Source of the DNA: an uncultured delta proteobacterium
Lineage (GTDB): Bacteria; Desulfobacterota; Desulfobacteria; Desulfobacterales; UBA2156
NCBI GenBank assembly: GCA_963736855.1
Contig: CAVTQK010000021.1
Location: 753,929-817,928 of the forward strand
Length of the DNA: 64,000 nt
Direction of reading: 5' to 3'
Shown here: positions 29,901-40,904 of the stretch, piece by piece
Layout of the letters: each line of letters opens with the position of its first letter
Position numbering within the stretch: position 1 is the stretch's first letter
Translations under genes and position numbers: made by a program
Notes under the pieces: model-generated
What the model was told of the DNA's origin: nothing
Database searches by the model: none
What the model saw: the letters and a program-made list of their open reading frames with translations, nothing else

Positions 29901-30069
29901 TTTAGCCATGATACCCCTCGCCTTAGGCATCGGTGAGGGGGGAGAAGCCCAAGCGCCAATGGCCAGAGCCGTCATCGGAGGGCTGTTTAGCTCGACTCTG
30001 ATCACCCTGGTAGTGGTTCCCACCATTTATACGCTTTTTGAAAAAGATTCTTCGAAAAAGGCTGCATGA
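26983..30069 (+). CDS. RND efflux permease (AcrB family)
   Basis: [30 protein letters not shown]. Confidence 0.95.
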   Translation: MNIAQFFIRRPIMTIMFSLIVIILGSVSFYRLTIDLMPDITYPTLSITTEYENSGPEEVEELITRPVEEAMSAVPGVEEVTSVSAEGRSNVRVTFTWGTDLDAAANDVRDRLDRIIPVLPEDAERPSLRKFDLASFPILILGVSSRLDPIQVRRIIDDQIKNRIERIPGVASLDIRGGLNREIHINLDAEKVKALGLPVDRLLTLLQEENVTIPAGTIEQGNFDITIRTPGIYNNLDELRNTVIALRENVPIQLKEIATVEDAWEKITRIVRVNGKPGVRLAVNKQSGKNTVEVASSVLEEITRINQDVPQLQIVPIIDTSDYIKRSITNVGTSALYGGALAVLVLLFFLRNIPSTAIIATTIPISVVATFGLMYFNGFTLNLMTLGGLALGVGMLVDNAIVVLENIFRLRESGQDPESAAINGSHEVAAAVIASTLTTLVVFLPLIFVRGMSGIMFKQLSYVVSFSLACSLAVALTLVPMLSSRVRAPVIDYSNGRISIKSRIFHITGQWFAGMETGYQKVLRYALDHRSLILTATSVLLAACLLLIPLIGVELMPAVDESEVRIYAEMAVGTRIDVVHQALQKIEAIVEQEVPEIQNSVSFIGGSSWRARGSNTGEMRIALLPVKMRTRSSEEIAAALRKKLGTIPGAKIRTRAGQGLFILRLSAGEGDQIQLELRGHEPEKADMIAHIIENIIRQIPGITDTQISREIGTPEELVIINRQKAASMKLTVSKIANMLQTMLSGTSAGNFREEGKEYPIRVKLKGAEQKSIQEILNLPINNSDGNLVVLGNVVELKDRSGPILIERKDQERVVYITANVSGRDMGSILDDIRNAISSVPLPKGFSFHFGGDYEEQQKSFRELLLSFILALILVYMVMACLYESIRYPFVVMFSVPLASIGVILMLFLTDTTFNVQSYIGCIMLGGIVVNNAILLVDHTNLLIRRDRLPLREAIEEAGKRRLRPILMTALTTILAMIPLALGIGEGGEAQAPMARAVIGGLFSSTLITLVVVPTIYTLFEKDSSKKAA

Positions 30070-30119
30070 TAATCGTTTTTTCTATATTTGTTGCAGGAAG
30101 GGGATAAAATCCTGATGCC

Positions 30120-31739
30120 ATGAAATCCCTTTTTATTACAAGATTACAATTCATTCTCCCCGGGGTATTCGCATTTTTATGCCTTTCCTGTTCCGGTGTA
30201 GAAACGTTATCGGCGGACCGGACACCCTCTCCCTCCGGCATCCCCATTCAATCGGGTCTGAATCCCGACCCAGGAGCAAATCCTGTTGAAAAACAAGTCG
30301 ACGATGTTTCGGAAAAGAGTCCGCTGAGAATTTCATTGATGGACGCCATATTGATGGCTATTCAAAATAACCGCACTTTGGCGGCCGAAAAAATCACCCC
30401 CTTCATTCAGCAGACCTATGAAGAACAAGAACGAGCGAAGTTCGACCCTGTCCTGGGAGGCGAATTCTACACCGAACAAGACGATGGTAAGAAGCCGATC
30501 CAGACGGGGACCGGAACCGAAAACCTGAGGAGCACCGTTTATGAGGGGGCCGTTTTCCTCAAAGAATTTTTCCCTACAGGCACAGATGTTGAAATCGGAA
30601 TTTACCACCAGAGCGCGGATTCGAGCGGATACAAGGATCTATTTTCTTCCACTCGGCTGGGGTTGTTCGTCACGCAATCGCTCCTTAAAGGTAATGGTCT
30701 TAATGCCAACCTGGTGACTCTTCGACAATCTCGGATCCAAACGGACATCACGAGATATGAACTTCGCGGGTTTGTCGAATCGCTTGTGGCCCAGGTTGAA
30801 ACCGCCTACTGGGACTATGCGCTTTCCCAACGTCAAATTGAAATTGTTAAAGAATCCCTAAAAGTTGCCCACCGTCAGCTCGAAGAAACAGAGGAAATGA
30901 TCAAAATCGGGACCATGGCGGAAGCAGAACTTGCCGCTCTTCAGGCAGAAGTGGCGATACAGCAGCAGGAATTGATCAACGCAAAAAGCAATCTGGAATC
31001 ATCCCGCCTTCACCTATTGCAGTTACTGACCCCATATAGAACGGTTCTTTATGATCGCGACGTCATTTTGATCCATCCGCCCACGCTGCCGAATATCAAA
31101 ATGGATGAAATTCAATCGCATGTTCTGGTGGCTCTCAAAATGCGACCCGAAATCAATAATGCGAGACTGAGCCTCGAACAAAAAGGCCTCGAAGTGGTGC
31201 GCACGAAAAATGGTCTTCTCCCTAAAATGGACCTTTTCATCTCATTGGGCAAAACCGGATATGCGGATTCGTTCGCGGGATCCATCAGCGATATCGGAGG
31301 AGAGTCTTACGATGCGTTGATCGGGGCAAAGATCGAGTCCCCGTTTTTCAATCGATCGGCCAAAGCGGAACATCGAAGATCCCTCCTGAAAAAGGACCAG
31401 GCCGAAAAGGCCCTGGAGAATTTGGAAAATCTCGTCGAACTGGATGTGCGAAACGCCTTCATCGAAATGAGCCGTTCAAAAGAGCAAATAGCCGCGAGCG
31501 TGGCAACCCGAAAATTCCAGGAAGAAAAGCTGAGGATCGAAATCGAAAAATTTCGAGTAGGCCGCTCAACCAACTTATTCGTGGCGCAAGCCCAGCGGGA
31601 TCTTTTATCAAGCCGAATCGGCGAAGTTAAGGCACTGGTGAATTACCTCAAGTCTTTAACCCGTTTTTATCAACTCGAAGGCTCTCTTCTCGAACGACGC
31701 GGCATTCAGGCTCCGGGCGGAAACAATGACGGGGCATGA
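30120..31739 (+). CDS. TolC-family outer membrane protein
   Basis: Lipobox-like signal, OEP repeats, third gene of RND operon. Confidence 0.9.
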   Translation: MKSLFITRLQFILPGVFAFLCLSCSGVETLSADRTPSPSGIPIQSGLNPDPGANPVEKQVDDVSEKSPLRISLMDAILMAIQNNRTLAAEKITPFIQQTYEEQERAKFDPVLGGEFYTEQDDGKKPIQTGTGTENLRSTVYEGAVFLKEFFPTGTDVEIGIYHQSADSSGYKDLFSSTRLGLFVTQSLLKGNGLNANLVTLRQSRIQTDITRYELRGFVESLVAQVETAYWDYALSQRQIEIVKESLKVAHRQLEETEEMIKIGTMAEAELAALQAEVAIQQQELINAKSNLESSRLHLLQLLTPYRTVLYDRDVILIHPPTLPNIKMDEIQSHVLVALKMRPEINNARLSLEQKGLEVVRTKNGLLPKMDLFISLGKTGYADSFAGSISDIGGESYDALIGAKIESPFFNRSAKAEHRRSLLKKDQAEKALENLENLVELDVRNAFIEMSRSKEQIAASVATRKFQEEKLRIEIEKFRVGRSTNLFVAQAQRDLLSSRIGEVKALVNYLKSLTRFYQLEGSLLERRGIQAPGGNNDGA

Positions 31740-31878
31740 TTTCCTTGCCCTGTCGTACTCCATGTATGAGAAAGAACGCTAAGACTACGAAGAACATTTA
31801 TGCATAAAATAAGTTTGGAATAGGCATATTCATTAATTAAAAACGTATTACTTATGGTATCACATACGGAGGAAAAAG

Positions 31879-33000
31879 ATGACAAAGCCCACTTACGAAA
31901 ACCTGTTCAAGCCTCTGAATCTGAAAGGTCTCAGATTGAAAAACCGCATCACCATGGCACCACTATATTTGGGATACGCCGCCTCAGGGGGCCAAGTGAC
32001 CCCGCTATTGCTTCACCATTATAAGGAGATGGCCCGAAGCGGCGCCGCCATGATTATGGTCGAGAATTCGAGTATAATACCCAACGGCAGTGGAACACCC
32101 CGAACCATAAGATGTGACCACAATCGATATCTAAAGGGTTTAGAAACCCTTGCGGATACAATCCATCAGGAAAAGAGTCTGGCCGGTCTTCAGATCAACC
32201 ATGCAGGACGATTTGCCCATGTTTCGGAACCGGTGGCACCATCCGCCGTGCCGGTATTTGGGAAAACACCTCGAGCACTGACTAAAAGCGAAATAATCAC
32301 CATCCAGAAGCAATTTGCAAATGCCGCTTTACGTGTGAAACGGGCTGGATTTGATTTGGTGGAACTTCACGGAGGAACCGGTTACCTCCTCGCCCAGTTT
32401 GTATCTCCGAGAACCAATCATCGAAGGGATTCTTACGGCGGACCGATTGAAAACCGGATCCAATTTCCCATTGAAGTTTTAAAACGGGTGAAAGATGCTG
32501 TGGGAGATTTCCCGGTCGGATACCGTTTCTTGGTTAATGAGTGGCTGCCGGACGGCCTTCAGGAGAGCGAGTCCATCCTTTTAGCTAAAAGTCTGGAGCA
32601 AGAAGGCATTGCCTACCTCTCTGCCATGGGTGGAACATATGAATCCTTTTTTCTGCCGGACATGGTGAAAAAAGCCAGAAGAGCCGGCTACATGGTATCC
32701 TTGGCATCCGTTGTCAAAAAAAACGTGGACGTTCCGGTCATAGCAGCGGGAAGAATTTCAACGCCATCTAAAGCCGAATCCATATTAAAAGAAAAAAAGG
32801 CGGATCTTATCGGGTTGGCCCGTATGTTATGGGTCGATCCTGAATGGCCTAAGAAAGCTCGAAAAGGAGCCGAACGATCCATCATCAAGTGCAGCCCGCA
32901 ATGCAATGCATGCTTTCATTTGGTTATGCAAGGCAAATCCGCTTATTGTACCAGATGGAGCTTAGAAAAGCGGACGATCTATCAGGATCTGTTTCAATAA
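31879..33000 (+). CDS. NADH:flavin oxidoreductase (short OYE with Cys cluster motif)
   Basis: NRITMAP, QINHAGR, ELHGGTGYLL, YGG..ENR. Confidence 0.9.
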   Translation: MTKPTYENLFKPLNLKGLRLKNRITMAPLYLGYAASGGQVTPLLLHHYKEMARSGAAMIMVENSSIIPNGSGTPRTIRCDHNRYLKGLETLADTIHQEKSLAGLQINHAGRFAHVSEPVAPSAVPVFGKTPRALTKSEIITIQKQFANAALRVKRAGFDLVELHGGTGYLLAQFVSPRTNHRRDSYGGPIENRIQFPIEVLKRVKDAVGDFPVGYRFLVNEWLPDGLQESESILLAKSLEQEGIAYLSAMGGTYESFFLPDMVKKARRAGYMVSLASVVKKNVDVPVIAAGRISTPSKAESILKEKKADLIGLARMLWVDPEWPKKARKGAERSIIKCSPQCNACFHLVMQGKSAYCTRWSLEKRTIYQDLFQ

Positions 33001-33030
33001 CGCTTTTGAAGATTGTTGCGTTTTTTAGCG

Positions 33031-33078
33031 CAGGGCCTTCCGTTTCCCCCCATATTCTGGGAGAAACGGAAGGCCCTG
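33031..33078. terminator. Hairpin between convergent OYE and wrbA genes
   Basis: CAGGGCCTTCCGTTTC / GAAACGGAAGGCCCTG 16-bp stem. Confidence 0.7.
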
Positions 33079-33102
33079 TTCTCAAAAGAGCGATTCTTTG
33101 GC

Positions 33103-33714
33103 CTATGAGGACAACTTAGAAGCGATCGCGGCGACGTGTTTACCCTGAAATCGGGCTGCAGAAAGCTCGTTTTCACTGGGTGTACGGGATCCGTCTCCGC
33201 CGGCGATGGTGGAAGCGCCGTAAGGGGATCCTCCGGTGATCTCATCGATGATCATCTGCCCCTGGAACGTATAGGGTAACCCAACCAAGACGAACCCATG
33301 ATGCAGCAGGGTGACATGAAAGGTCAGAATGGTCGATTCCTGGCCACCGTGCTGGGTCGCGCTGCTCGTGAAAACGCTGCCCACTTTGCCGACCAAGGCC
33401 CCCTTGGCCCACAATCCGCCTGTAGCATCCAGAAACTGGCGCATCTGCCCGCACATATTGCCGAACCGGGTCGGGGTTCCAAAGATAATGGCATCGGCTC
33501 CGGCCAGCTCTTCCACTGTACAGACCGGTATGTGGGCAAAGCGCTTTTGGGCCTCGAGCGCCCCCATTTGTTTCAAAACTTCGTTAGGGAGTGTTTCTGG
33601 AACACGGCGCAAAACCACTTCGGCCCCACTCACCGCCCTTGCACCTTCAGCGATGGCTTCTGCCATCTGATATATATGGCCGTAAGTCGAATAAAAAACC
33701 ACCAATACTTTCAT
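33103..33714 (-). CDS. wrbA: NAD(P)H:quinone oxidoreductase type IV
   Basis: [28 protein letters not shown]. Confidence 0.95.
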   Translation of the reverse strand: MKVLVVFYSTYGHIYQMAEAIAEGARAVSGAEVVLRRVPETLPNEVLKQMGALEAQKRFAHIPVCTVEELAGADAIIFGTPTRFGNMCGQMRQFLDATGGLWAKGALVGKVGSVFTSSATQHGGQESTILTFHVTLLHHGFVLVGLPYTFQGQMIIDEITGGSPYGASTIAGGDGSRTPSENELSAARFQGKHVAAIASKLSS

Positions 33715-33888
33715 AGCCCCCTCCTCTTTTAGATAATCTTATATTCCTCAAGAAATCGTAGTTTAAAAATATAACCGGCATAAAATCTGTCAACCTAAAG
33801 AAAAGGGAATGTCAATTAAACTGCGGCATATTCCTCATAAATTGGCAATTGACAAAAGACGTTTCATGACTTAACAATCCCGAACATC

Positions 33889-34092
33889 GAACAGGTGCCA
33901 TGCCGGGGTAATGAACCCTTGCATTGGTAAAAGGAAAGCGTGGTGAGAGTCCACCGCAGGCCAGCCATTGCTGTAATCGGGGACGAACGCTGCAAGGATG
34001 CCACTGTCAGCCGATCGATTGAAAAAAGCGGATTGACTGATGGGAAGGCGCAGTCAGTAGGATGATCCATAAGCCAGAAAGCCTGCCTGTTT
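33889..34092 (+). ncRNA. Cobalamin riboswitch
   Basis: AGGTG..AAAGGAAAG.GGTGAGAGTCC..GCTGTAA..GCCACTG..TGGGAAGG..AAGCCAGAAAGCCTGCC; P1 AACAGG/CCTGTT; upstream of cobT. Confidence 0.9.
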
Positions 34093-34338
34093 GTTGTTGA
34101 AATAACGGGTATCATGCTGGATGTTATCCGTATCTTAGACTGCTGCCGGAGCCATGAGGATGCAGAAAAGATACGGAAAAGCGTTCAGCGGAGCTATCTC
34201 TTTTTACATCGAAATTTCTAACCTTTCGGCTCTACCCTCCCTTTTCCCTCCGGAAATTGCCGTCTGCAACGTCTTTGCCGTCTTTCCCGACCTCATCGAG
34301 GCTCAGTCGGTAAAAAATTTCAATGGAGGAATGTTCCC

Positions 34339-35481
34339 ATGACACATCTGGTTAAAAGATCAAATCGCTCAATAGATAAGAATATTGTCATCAGTCGGTC
34401 AGCACCGGGCTTTGAATCCTTCCGGGAGCCCTTTAGGTCCACCCTGAAATCCATAGAGCCGATCGGGAAAGATCTGCTTTCCGCTGCCCAGGCAAAAATA
34501 GACAACAAAACGAAACCCCTGGGGTCTTTGGGAAAGCTGGAAGATCTGGCCGTTCAACTGTGTCTGATTCAAAAAAATTTCAATCCCCGGATCCATCGGA
34601 AATCCATGTTCGTATTTGCCGCAGATCACGGCGTTGTTGAAGAAGGTGTTTCCGCCTACCCTTCGGAAGTGACCGGTCAAATGGTGAAAAATTTCCTGGA
34701 AGGGGGTGCTGCCATTAATGTGCTTTGTCGTCATGGTGGCATCGACATCCGCGTGGTGGACATGGGCGTCGCCGGCGAGATCGAAAATCACCCGTTATTA
34801 TTAAATAAGAAAGTCCGTAAGGGGACACGCAATTTTACGCTTACTTCCGCCATGACACCCGAAGAAACCGTTTCGGCTATTCAGAACGGCGCGGAGGTGT
34901 TTTTAAACGAATATAAGTCCAATCCCATCGACATTGTAGGTCTGGGTGACATGGGGATCGGCAATACCACTTCGGCAACCGCCACGATCTGTGCAATTTG
35001 CGGAATCAATCCTGCTGAAGCTACGGGTCGAGGTACAGGCATCGATGATAAGGCGTTGAAGCATAAGGCCGAGGTGATCGCGAGATCCTTGAGGTTTCAT
35101 CGACCCGACCCTAAAGATGCCCTTGATGTACTGCAGAAAGTGGGGGGCTTTGAGATCGCGGGCATCGCAGGAGCGGCCCTTGCGGCAGCATCAAAACGAA
35201 CGGCGGTGGTTCTGGACGGAGTCATATCAACGGCAGGAGGACTCATCGCCTATCTCATCAACCCCAACATCCAAGGATTCCTCATCTCCGGGCATCGCTC
35301 CGTAGAACCCGCTCAAGAGGCTGCCCTCGCTTTCATGGAGCTGAAACCTCTTGTAGACCTGAACATGAGGCTGGGCGAGGGAACCGGGGCTTCCCTGGCC
35401 ATCCATATCGCCGATGCTGCAGCAAAAATCATGGGGGAGATGGCATCCTTCGAGGAAGCCGGAGTTACCAAAAAAAGATGA
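34339..35481 (+). CDS. cobT: Nicotinate-nucleotide-dimethylbenzimidazole phosphoribosyltransferase
   Basis: TKPLGSLGKLE, AADHGV, MGIGNTT, MRLGEGTGA. Confidence 0.95.
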   Translation: MTHLVKRSNRSIDKNIVISRSAPGFESFREPFRSTLKSIEPIGKDLLSAAQAKIDNKTKPLGSLGKLEDLAVQLCLIQKNFNPRIHRKSMFVFAADHGVVEEGVSAYPSEVTGQMVKNFLEGGAAINVLCRHGGIDIRVVDMGVAGEIENHPLLLNKKVRKGTRNFTLTSAMTPEETVSAIQNGAEVFLNEYKSNPIDIVGLGDMGIGNTTSATATICAICGINPAEATGRGTGIDDKALKHKAEVIARSLRFHRPDPKDALDVLQKVGGFEIAGIAGAALAAASKRTAVVLDGVISTAGGLIAYLINPNIQGFLISGHRSVEPAQEAALAFMELKPLVDLNMRLGEGTGASLAIHIADAAAKIMGEMASFEEAGVTKKR

Positions 35482-35612
35482 TGGTTATCTCGAATTGATT
35501 GCGAACCCCGCAGCTTCAACGCTGTGGGATGAACACACTTTGGAATGGCTCTAACGGCAGAGGCGCCGATGACATACCGGCGCCTCTGCTATTTCTAAAT
35601 GAAAAATCTGGG

Positions 35613-36755
35613 CTATTTTTGGGGTTTTCCCATGACCTCTTCGAACATCGCTTCATCCCAGTTTTTTCCGGCAGCAATATTCTGACGAAATTTAATGAAG
35701 TCGATGACATCCTTGCCGGTGATCTTTTTCGTATTGAAAGCACCGAAACCGAGGTAGGCTTCCCCGCTCATATTGGCGGCCAGCCAGTGCCTGTGGGCAT
35801 TTTTCATGGTATCCCAGAAAAACTTCTTCTTCTGACGGACGCTGTCGATGGACTCGATCAGACAACCGGGGAACAGGTTGGCAAAGGTCCATACGACTTT
35901 GTCCACTTCCTTGTCCAGGAGTTCAAAATCCGCATTTGGCTGATGCGCTTTCACAAATTCCCGGGCCTCCTTGGCCTCCGGACCGGTCTTGTATTCACCG
36001 TAAACGATCTCGCCGTCCTCGATGTATTTATCCGTAACGATCGTGGGGTTTCTCACCCACTTGCCGTCCACCTTCAACACCGGCACCACCTTGCTGATCA
36101 GGTTCTTGGCCTTCATTTTATAGGCAGACCACATCTCGCAGGACACGCAGTTCCACATTGCGTCTTCAATACTGAGGTACCAGGGGAGGAAATCCGATGC
36201 CCCACCCACGGGCGCCGACCCGTGTCTTGGTCCGGCCTGTCCGAAAATAGCCAAGTCCGAAGAAAGGGCCAAATCACATGCCATGCCGATCTCCTGTCCG
36301 CCGGCCACCCGCATCCCGTTCACCCGGCAGATAACGGGTTTCTTGCACTGAAGGATGGAATCCACCATGCCGTTGAAGAGCTCCATATATTGGCCGTACT
36401 CGTCACATCGCATGCTGTAAAATTCACTGTACTCTTTGGTGTTGCCCCCGGTGCAGAAAGCATAGGGGCCGGTTCCGGTGAAAACTACCGATACAACGCT
36501 TCGATCCAGCGAGGCATTCTGAAATCCGGCGATGACGCCCTTGACCATCTCGGTTGTATACGAATTATACTGCTTCGGGTTGTTCAACCGGATCCATGCC
36601 ACATAGAGCCCGTCCACTACATTTCCCTTGGGGTCTTTCAGGGGTCGCTTTTCGAAAACCACGCAAGGCGCATTCTCTTCCTTGCCCCAGTGGACATCGG
36701 TGTGCAGGTTATGGTCTTTCATCTTGTTATCTCTCGGTACCCAATCCAAACTCAT
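35613..36755 (-). CDS. oah: 6-oxocyclohex-1-ene-1-carbonyl-CoA hydrolase (Oah/BamA)
   Basis: QYNSYTTEMVKGVI, FCTGGNTKEY, GMRVAGGQE, QAGPRHGSAP. Confidence 0.95.
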   Translation of the reverse strand: MSLDWVPRDNKMKDHNLHTDVHWGKEENAPCVVFEKRPLKDPKGNVVDGLYVAWIRLNNPKQYNSYTTEMVKGVIAGFQNASLDRSVVSVVFTGTGPYAFCTGGNTKEYSEFYSMRCDEYGQYMELFNGMVDSILQCKKPVICRVNGMRVAGGQEIGMACDLALSSDLAIFGQAGPRHGSAPVGGASDFLPWYLSIEDAMWNCVSCEMWSAYKMKAKNLISKVVPVLKVDGKWVRNPTIVTDKYIEDGEIVYGEYKTGPEAKEAREFVKAHQPNADFELLDKEVDKVVWTFANLFPGCLIESIDSVRQKKKFFWDTMKNAHRHWLAANMSGEAYLGFGAFNTKKITGKDVIDFIKFRQNIAAGKNWDEAMFEEVMGKPQK

Positions 36756-36812
36756 TGTATTCTCCTCCTTCTTTTCAATTTCAGTTAACGGTTTGATCCG
36801 CTGTTTGTTTTT

Positions 36813-37919
36813 TTAAAAGTCCGGGGTCAGCACGATTCGCCGATCCGGAGCGCTTTTATGGGCTTCGGCAAACGTTTCGACGATGGTGCTCATGGGTCGA
36901 GTTTGAACAAAAGGCTCGATGTCGATCTTTTTTTTCAGAACCATATCCAGGACGATGGGGTAATATTCCGGGAGGCATCCCCAGGTCCCCAGGATATCGG
37001 CATCAAAGGCCATCAGTCGTCCGAACATGTAATCCACTTTTGCCATGCCGAACCCCACAACCACCAATTTCCCGATGAAGCTCAAAAGTGTAAGCGCCAT
37101 TTCCTGGCCTGCCTTGGACCCGGTGACTTCGAAGATCTTCCAGCCGAATCCCGGAAGACCGTTTTTCTTGCAAATCCCCTTAAAATCATCGGAGACCGCT
37201 TTGACATCCTTATCGGTGGAATTGATGATTAAATCAGCGCCGTATTTCAGGGCTCTTTCCAGACGTTCCTGATTCCGGGCAATGCCCACCACACAATTCG
37301 CCCCCAGGGCCTTCAGGGTCTGGCCCATATATTGGCCGACTCCACCGGTGATACCGATGACCACCGCATTATCCCCTGGTTGGAATGCTGCTCGTTTGGC
37401 CGCCTGGTAGGGTGTGGTGGCGGCATCCGCCACGACCGCCAGATGTTCCAGGGGAACCTTGCCTCGATTCCTCACTTCACAAAGGTCGATGCTCGGCACC
37501 GGGATGTGGCTGGAAAACCCGCCATAAATCCCCAGGCTGTTACCAGGCATCTTCTGAGCCAGACATCGGTTCCCTCTTCCGGTTTTACACAAAATGCACT
37601 TCCGGCAAGGCATCACAGCCGGGATGATCACCTCTTTCCCGATCCAGGCTTCATCTCCCGCCACTACGATTCCTGAAATCTCGTGCCCAAGGGTCAGCGG
37701 AGGCTTTGAAATGGTGGGGACACCATCATAAAAATATCCCAAGTCCGTGTGGCAAACGCCGCATCCGGCCACTTCCACCAAAACTTCTCCGGATTGAAGT
37801 TCCGGAACCGATATCTCCGCTTTTGCGAGTTTTCCGGGGATTTTTTCCTTGGTTTCTTTGTTGAATGTTGTCGGCTGGACCATTTGCCAGGTCTGGATCT
37901 TCTCCGGTACTGTCGGCAT
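36813..37919 (-). CDS. had: 6-hydroxycyclohex-1-ene-1-carbonyl-CoA dehydrogenase (Had/BamQ)
   Basis: GCGVCHTD, GHEISG, QKMPGN, LMAFDA..GTWGC; adjacent to oah. Confidence 0.92.
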   Translation of the reverse strand: MPTVPEKIQTWQMVQPTTFNKETKEKIPGKLAKAEISVPELQSGEVLVEVAGCGVCHTDLGYFYDGVPTISKPPLTLGHEISGIVVAGDEAWIGKEVIIPAVMPCRKCILCKTGRGNRCLAQKMPGNSLGIYGGFSSHIPVPSIDLCEVRNRGKVPLEHLAVVADAATTPYQAAKRAAFQPGDNAVVIGITGGVGQYMGQTLKALGANCVVGIARNQERLERALKYGADLIINSTDKDVKAVSDDFKGICKKNGLPGFGWKIFEVTGSKAGQEMALTLLSFIGKLVVVGFGMAKVDYMFGRLMAFDADILGTWGCLPEYYPIVLDMVLKKKIDIEPFVQTRPMSTIVETFAEAHKSAPDRRIVLTPDF

Positions 37920-38198
37920 GTAACACCTCCTTAACCAATTTTAAAAAATTCAGCTGGAACGGCCGGGACTCATCTCGCTCAAATTAAAAATCATATTATA
38001 GCTACAATATAACTAGATGGGTGTCAATAGGTTTTCTCGGGGCAGGTATAAAAAAGCCGTCTCAATCAATTTGGGTTTAGCCTCCAGAGGAAAGAAAAAA
38101 ATTCAAGATTTAAGACGGCAGTCCTCCATTTCGGTCTTGACTCGGCTCTGACATAGCTGTAATATAGCTTTCTTATTAGATATAAAGATAAACAAATA

Positions 38199-38353
38199 TG
38201 ATGAACTCGTAAAAAGTCGAAAATCAGATGGCAAAGTAAAAAGTTCAAGTTCAAGGCGTCGCGAATCCCGTGTGATGAGGCGTACTTATCGTACGTCGAA
38301 ATCGCAACGGGATGAAGCGCAACGCAGAAATTGGAATTTTTACGAAGCCATCA
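38199..38353. mobile_element. 155-bp MITE, copy 2 (inverted)
   Basis: Reverse complement of 13882-14036 with few changes; AATA on both flanks. Confidence 0.85.
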
Positions 38354-38386
38354 AATATTAAACGGATTGAAAACAAGGGGGAAAAC

Positions 38387-39136
38387 ATGTTGTTGAAGGA
38401 TAAGAACGCCATCGTGACCGGGGGGTCACAGGGAATCGGAACAGCGATCTCTCTGGAGATGGCAAAAGAGGGTGCGAACATCTGTCTGACCTACCGTAAG
38501 CACGAAAAAGAGGCTCTGGAGGTGAGAGACCAGATTCTGAATATGGGCCGAAAAACCATCGCCGTAAAGTGCGATATCGCCTCCTTTACAGAGGCAGAAG
38601 ATGTCGTCAAAAAGACCCTGGAAGCGTTCGGCAAGGTCGATATACTGGTCAACAACGCCGGCATGAACTGGGACGGTGTTTCTTGGAAAATGAGCGAAGA
38701 ACAGTGGGACCGTGTCATTGAAGTCAATCTCAAAGGGTATTTCAACTTCACCCGCCATGTGGTCCCCCTGCTCAAGGATCAGAAATACGGAAAAATCATT
38801 AACATCACGTCCATCAACGGGTTGCGGGGAAAATTCGGCCAGACGAACTACTCGGCCTCAAAGGCCGGCATCATCGGATTCACCAAGGCCTTGGCCAAAG
38901 AGCTGGGGGCCTTCAACGTCAATGTAAACGCCGTGGCACCCGGTCTCATCGAAACACCCATGCTGACCCAGTCCGAGGCCCGAAATAAAATCATAGATAT
39001 GGCCATGGCCGAAATCGTCCTCAAGCGAGTGGGAACACCGGAGGACCTTGCCAATGTGGTTGTCTTTTTGGCCTCGGAAAAGGCACGACATATCACCGGC
39101 GGGGTGATCAAAGTAGACGGCGGACAATATATCTGA
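38387..39136 (+). CDS. SDR (FabG-like 3-oxoacyl/3-hydroxyacyl-CoA dehydrogenase)
   Basis: TGGSQGIG, NNAG, YSASK. Confidence 0.92.
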   Translation: MLLKDKNAIVTGGSQGIGTAISLEMAKEGANICLTYRKHEKEALEVRDQILNMGRKTIAVKCDIASFTEAEDVVKKTLEAFGKVDILVNNAGMNWDGVSWKMSEEQWDRVIEVNLKGYFNFTRHVVPLLKDQKYGKIINITSINGLRGKFGQTNYSASKAGIIGFTKALAKELGAFNVNVNAVAPGLIETPMLTQSEARNKIIDMAMAEIVLKRVGTPEDLANVVVFLASEKARHITGGVIKVDGGQYI

Positions 39137-39216
39137 GCTATCAAGGGGTCAAAGAGGATTAGGAATCGAGGGGTCAAAGGTCAAAGTAAAAGACTAACGA
39201 CAAGGGGGAATCGTTT

Positions 39217-40383
39217 ATGGGAAAAGTGGGAATTATTGGTGTCGGCCAAAGCGCCTTCGTCCGCCAGTACCCCGGATCCATTCGGGAACTGGCCTTTGAA
39301 GGCTTCAAAAATGCCATGAAAGACGCTCAGATTACGGTCAAAGATATCGACGCCTCGGTCATCTGTTCAGCGCCCGAATATGACAAACAGCGGTCTCCGG
39401 CCGGTGTCTTTGCCGAATATCTGGGTCTAAATCCTCAGCCCACGTTTTATGTGGAAAGCCTTTGCTCTTCGAGCAGCATGGGGCTTCGCCTGGCCTATTC
39501 TCTGATCAAATCCGGCCTGCATGAAGTGGTGGCAGTCATCGGCTTCCAGAAGATGTCCGAGATCAGTTCATCGGAATCCCAGGAGCGGATGGGCCGCGGG
39601 GCCGACATCCAGTGGGAAAGCCCTTTCGGCACCATGATGCCTGCCTATTACGCCATGTATGCCCGGGCTCATATGGAGGCTTACGGGACCACGCCTGAAG
39701 ACCTGGCCCTGATCCGCGTCAAGTCCGCCACCTATGGTCAACTGAATGAGCTGGCTGTTTACCGAAAACCGGTGACTTGCGAGATGTTCTCAGACCCCAA
39801 TGATCGGATGGCCGGACCCGTGGCAAGCCCCCTGAGAGTGGGTGACTCCTGCGCCAATGCCGATGGAAGTTCCTGCATCATCGTGGCCAGCAAAGAAAAA
39901 GCCAAGATTTTCTCGAAAAACCCGGTTTGGATTCTGGGGTTGGGTGCCGCCTCCGCCAGCGTCAACCTGACGGGCAGAAACCTTTTCACCGGGCTCACCG
40001 TGGCTCGGGATGCGTCCAAAGAAGCCTATGAAATGGCCGGTGTGGGTCCCAAGGATATCGATGTGGCGGAAGTGCACGACTGCTTCACCATCGCCGAACT
40101 CATGGCCTATGAAAACCTGGGTTTTGCAAAACCCGGCGAAGGGAAGGATCTTATCCGGAACAAGGAAACTTACAGGGAAGGAAGCATCCCGGTGAACGTG
40201 GACGGCGGACTCCTCTCCAAAGGACATCCCATCGGCGCCACCGGAGGATCCCAGATCCGCACCGTCGTGCTCCAGCTCAGAGGGGAAGCCGGCACCATCC
40301 AGGTAAAAGACCCGGAAATCGGGCTTGTTCACAACATCGGCGGGGTCGGACTCTACGGCAACGTGACCATACTGGGGAGGTAA
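39217..40383 (+). CDS. Thiolase (SCP2-type)
   Basis: ESLCSS, EVHDCF, GHPIGATG. Confidence 0.92.
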   Translation: MGKVGIIGVGQSAFVRQYPGSIRELAFEGFKNAMKDAQITVKDIDASVICSAPEYDKQRSPAGVFAEYLGLNPQPTFYVESLCSSSSMGLRLAYSLIKSGLHEVVAVIGFQKMSEISSSESQERMGRGADIQWESPFGTMMPAYYAMYARAHMEAYGTTPEDLALIRVKSATYGQLNELAVYRKPVTCEMFSDPNDRMAGPVASPLRVGDSCANADGSSCIIVASKEKAKIFSKNPVWILGLGAASASVNLTGRNLFTGLTVARDASKEAYEMAGVGPKDIDVAEVHDCFTIAELMAYENLGFAKPGEGKDLIRNKETYREGSIPVNVDGGLLSKGHPIGATGGSQIRTVVLQLRGEAGTIQVKDPEIGLVHNIGGVGLYGNVTILGR

Positions 40384-40386
40384 CTC

Positions 40387-40821
40387 ATGGGTAAAACAAA
40401 AGAAGTAGACGATCGGTTTAAAAAATTCGGAACGGTAAGCTTTACCGCCATCACGAAGACCAACGATTTTATCGATTACCTGGAACAGAATAAGGTGATG
40501 GGGACCCGATGCCGGGACTGTGGAATGCAATTTTTCCCCCCCCGGGCGGATTGCTACCGCTGCCTGACCAGCCACATGGAATGGTTTGAAGTCACCGGAA
40601 CGGGAAAACTGGTCACTTACAGTAAGCTGGAATTCGGACCGGTGGGATTTGAAAAGGATATTCCCTACCGGATCGCTCTTCTGGACTTCGGGGACTACAA
40701 GGTTTTCGGTCGAATCGCAGATGAGGTCCAAGATGATGCGATTAAAATCGGCATGGAAATGAAAACGACGGTAAATCGTCTGCCTAACGGTCAGTTGAAC
40801 TATGTTTTTCAATCGGCCTGA
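40387..40821 (+). CDS. Zn-ribbon/OB-fold (DUF35) thiolase partner
   Basis: CRDCG..FPPR..C..C. Confidence 0.9.
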   Translation: MGKTKEVDDRFKKFGTVSFTAITKTNDFIDYLEQNKVMGTRCRDCGMQFFPPRADCYRCLTSHMEWFEVTGTGKLVTYSKLEFGPVGFEKDIPYRIALLDFGDYKVFGRIADEVQDDAIKIGMEMKTTVNRLPNGQLNYVFQSA

Positions 40822-40904
40822 TCCTGCAGTTGCAACAGCAGGCTAAACTGAGCGGCGATCATGCACCGCACCGGCAATCACCCATAACATACAGGACGGC
40901 TATC

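Noticed and set aside
39140-39190. Short GGGGTCAAA direct repeats between SDR and thiolase
   Set aside because: Only 2-3 short imperfect copies; no function can be supported.
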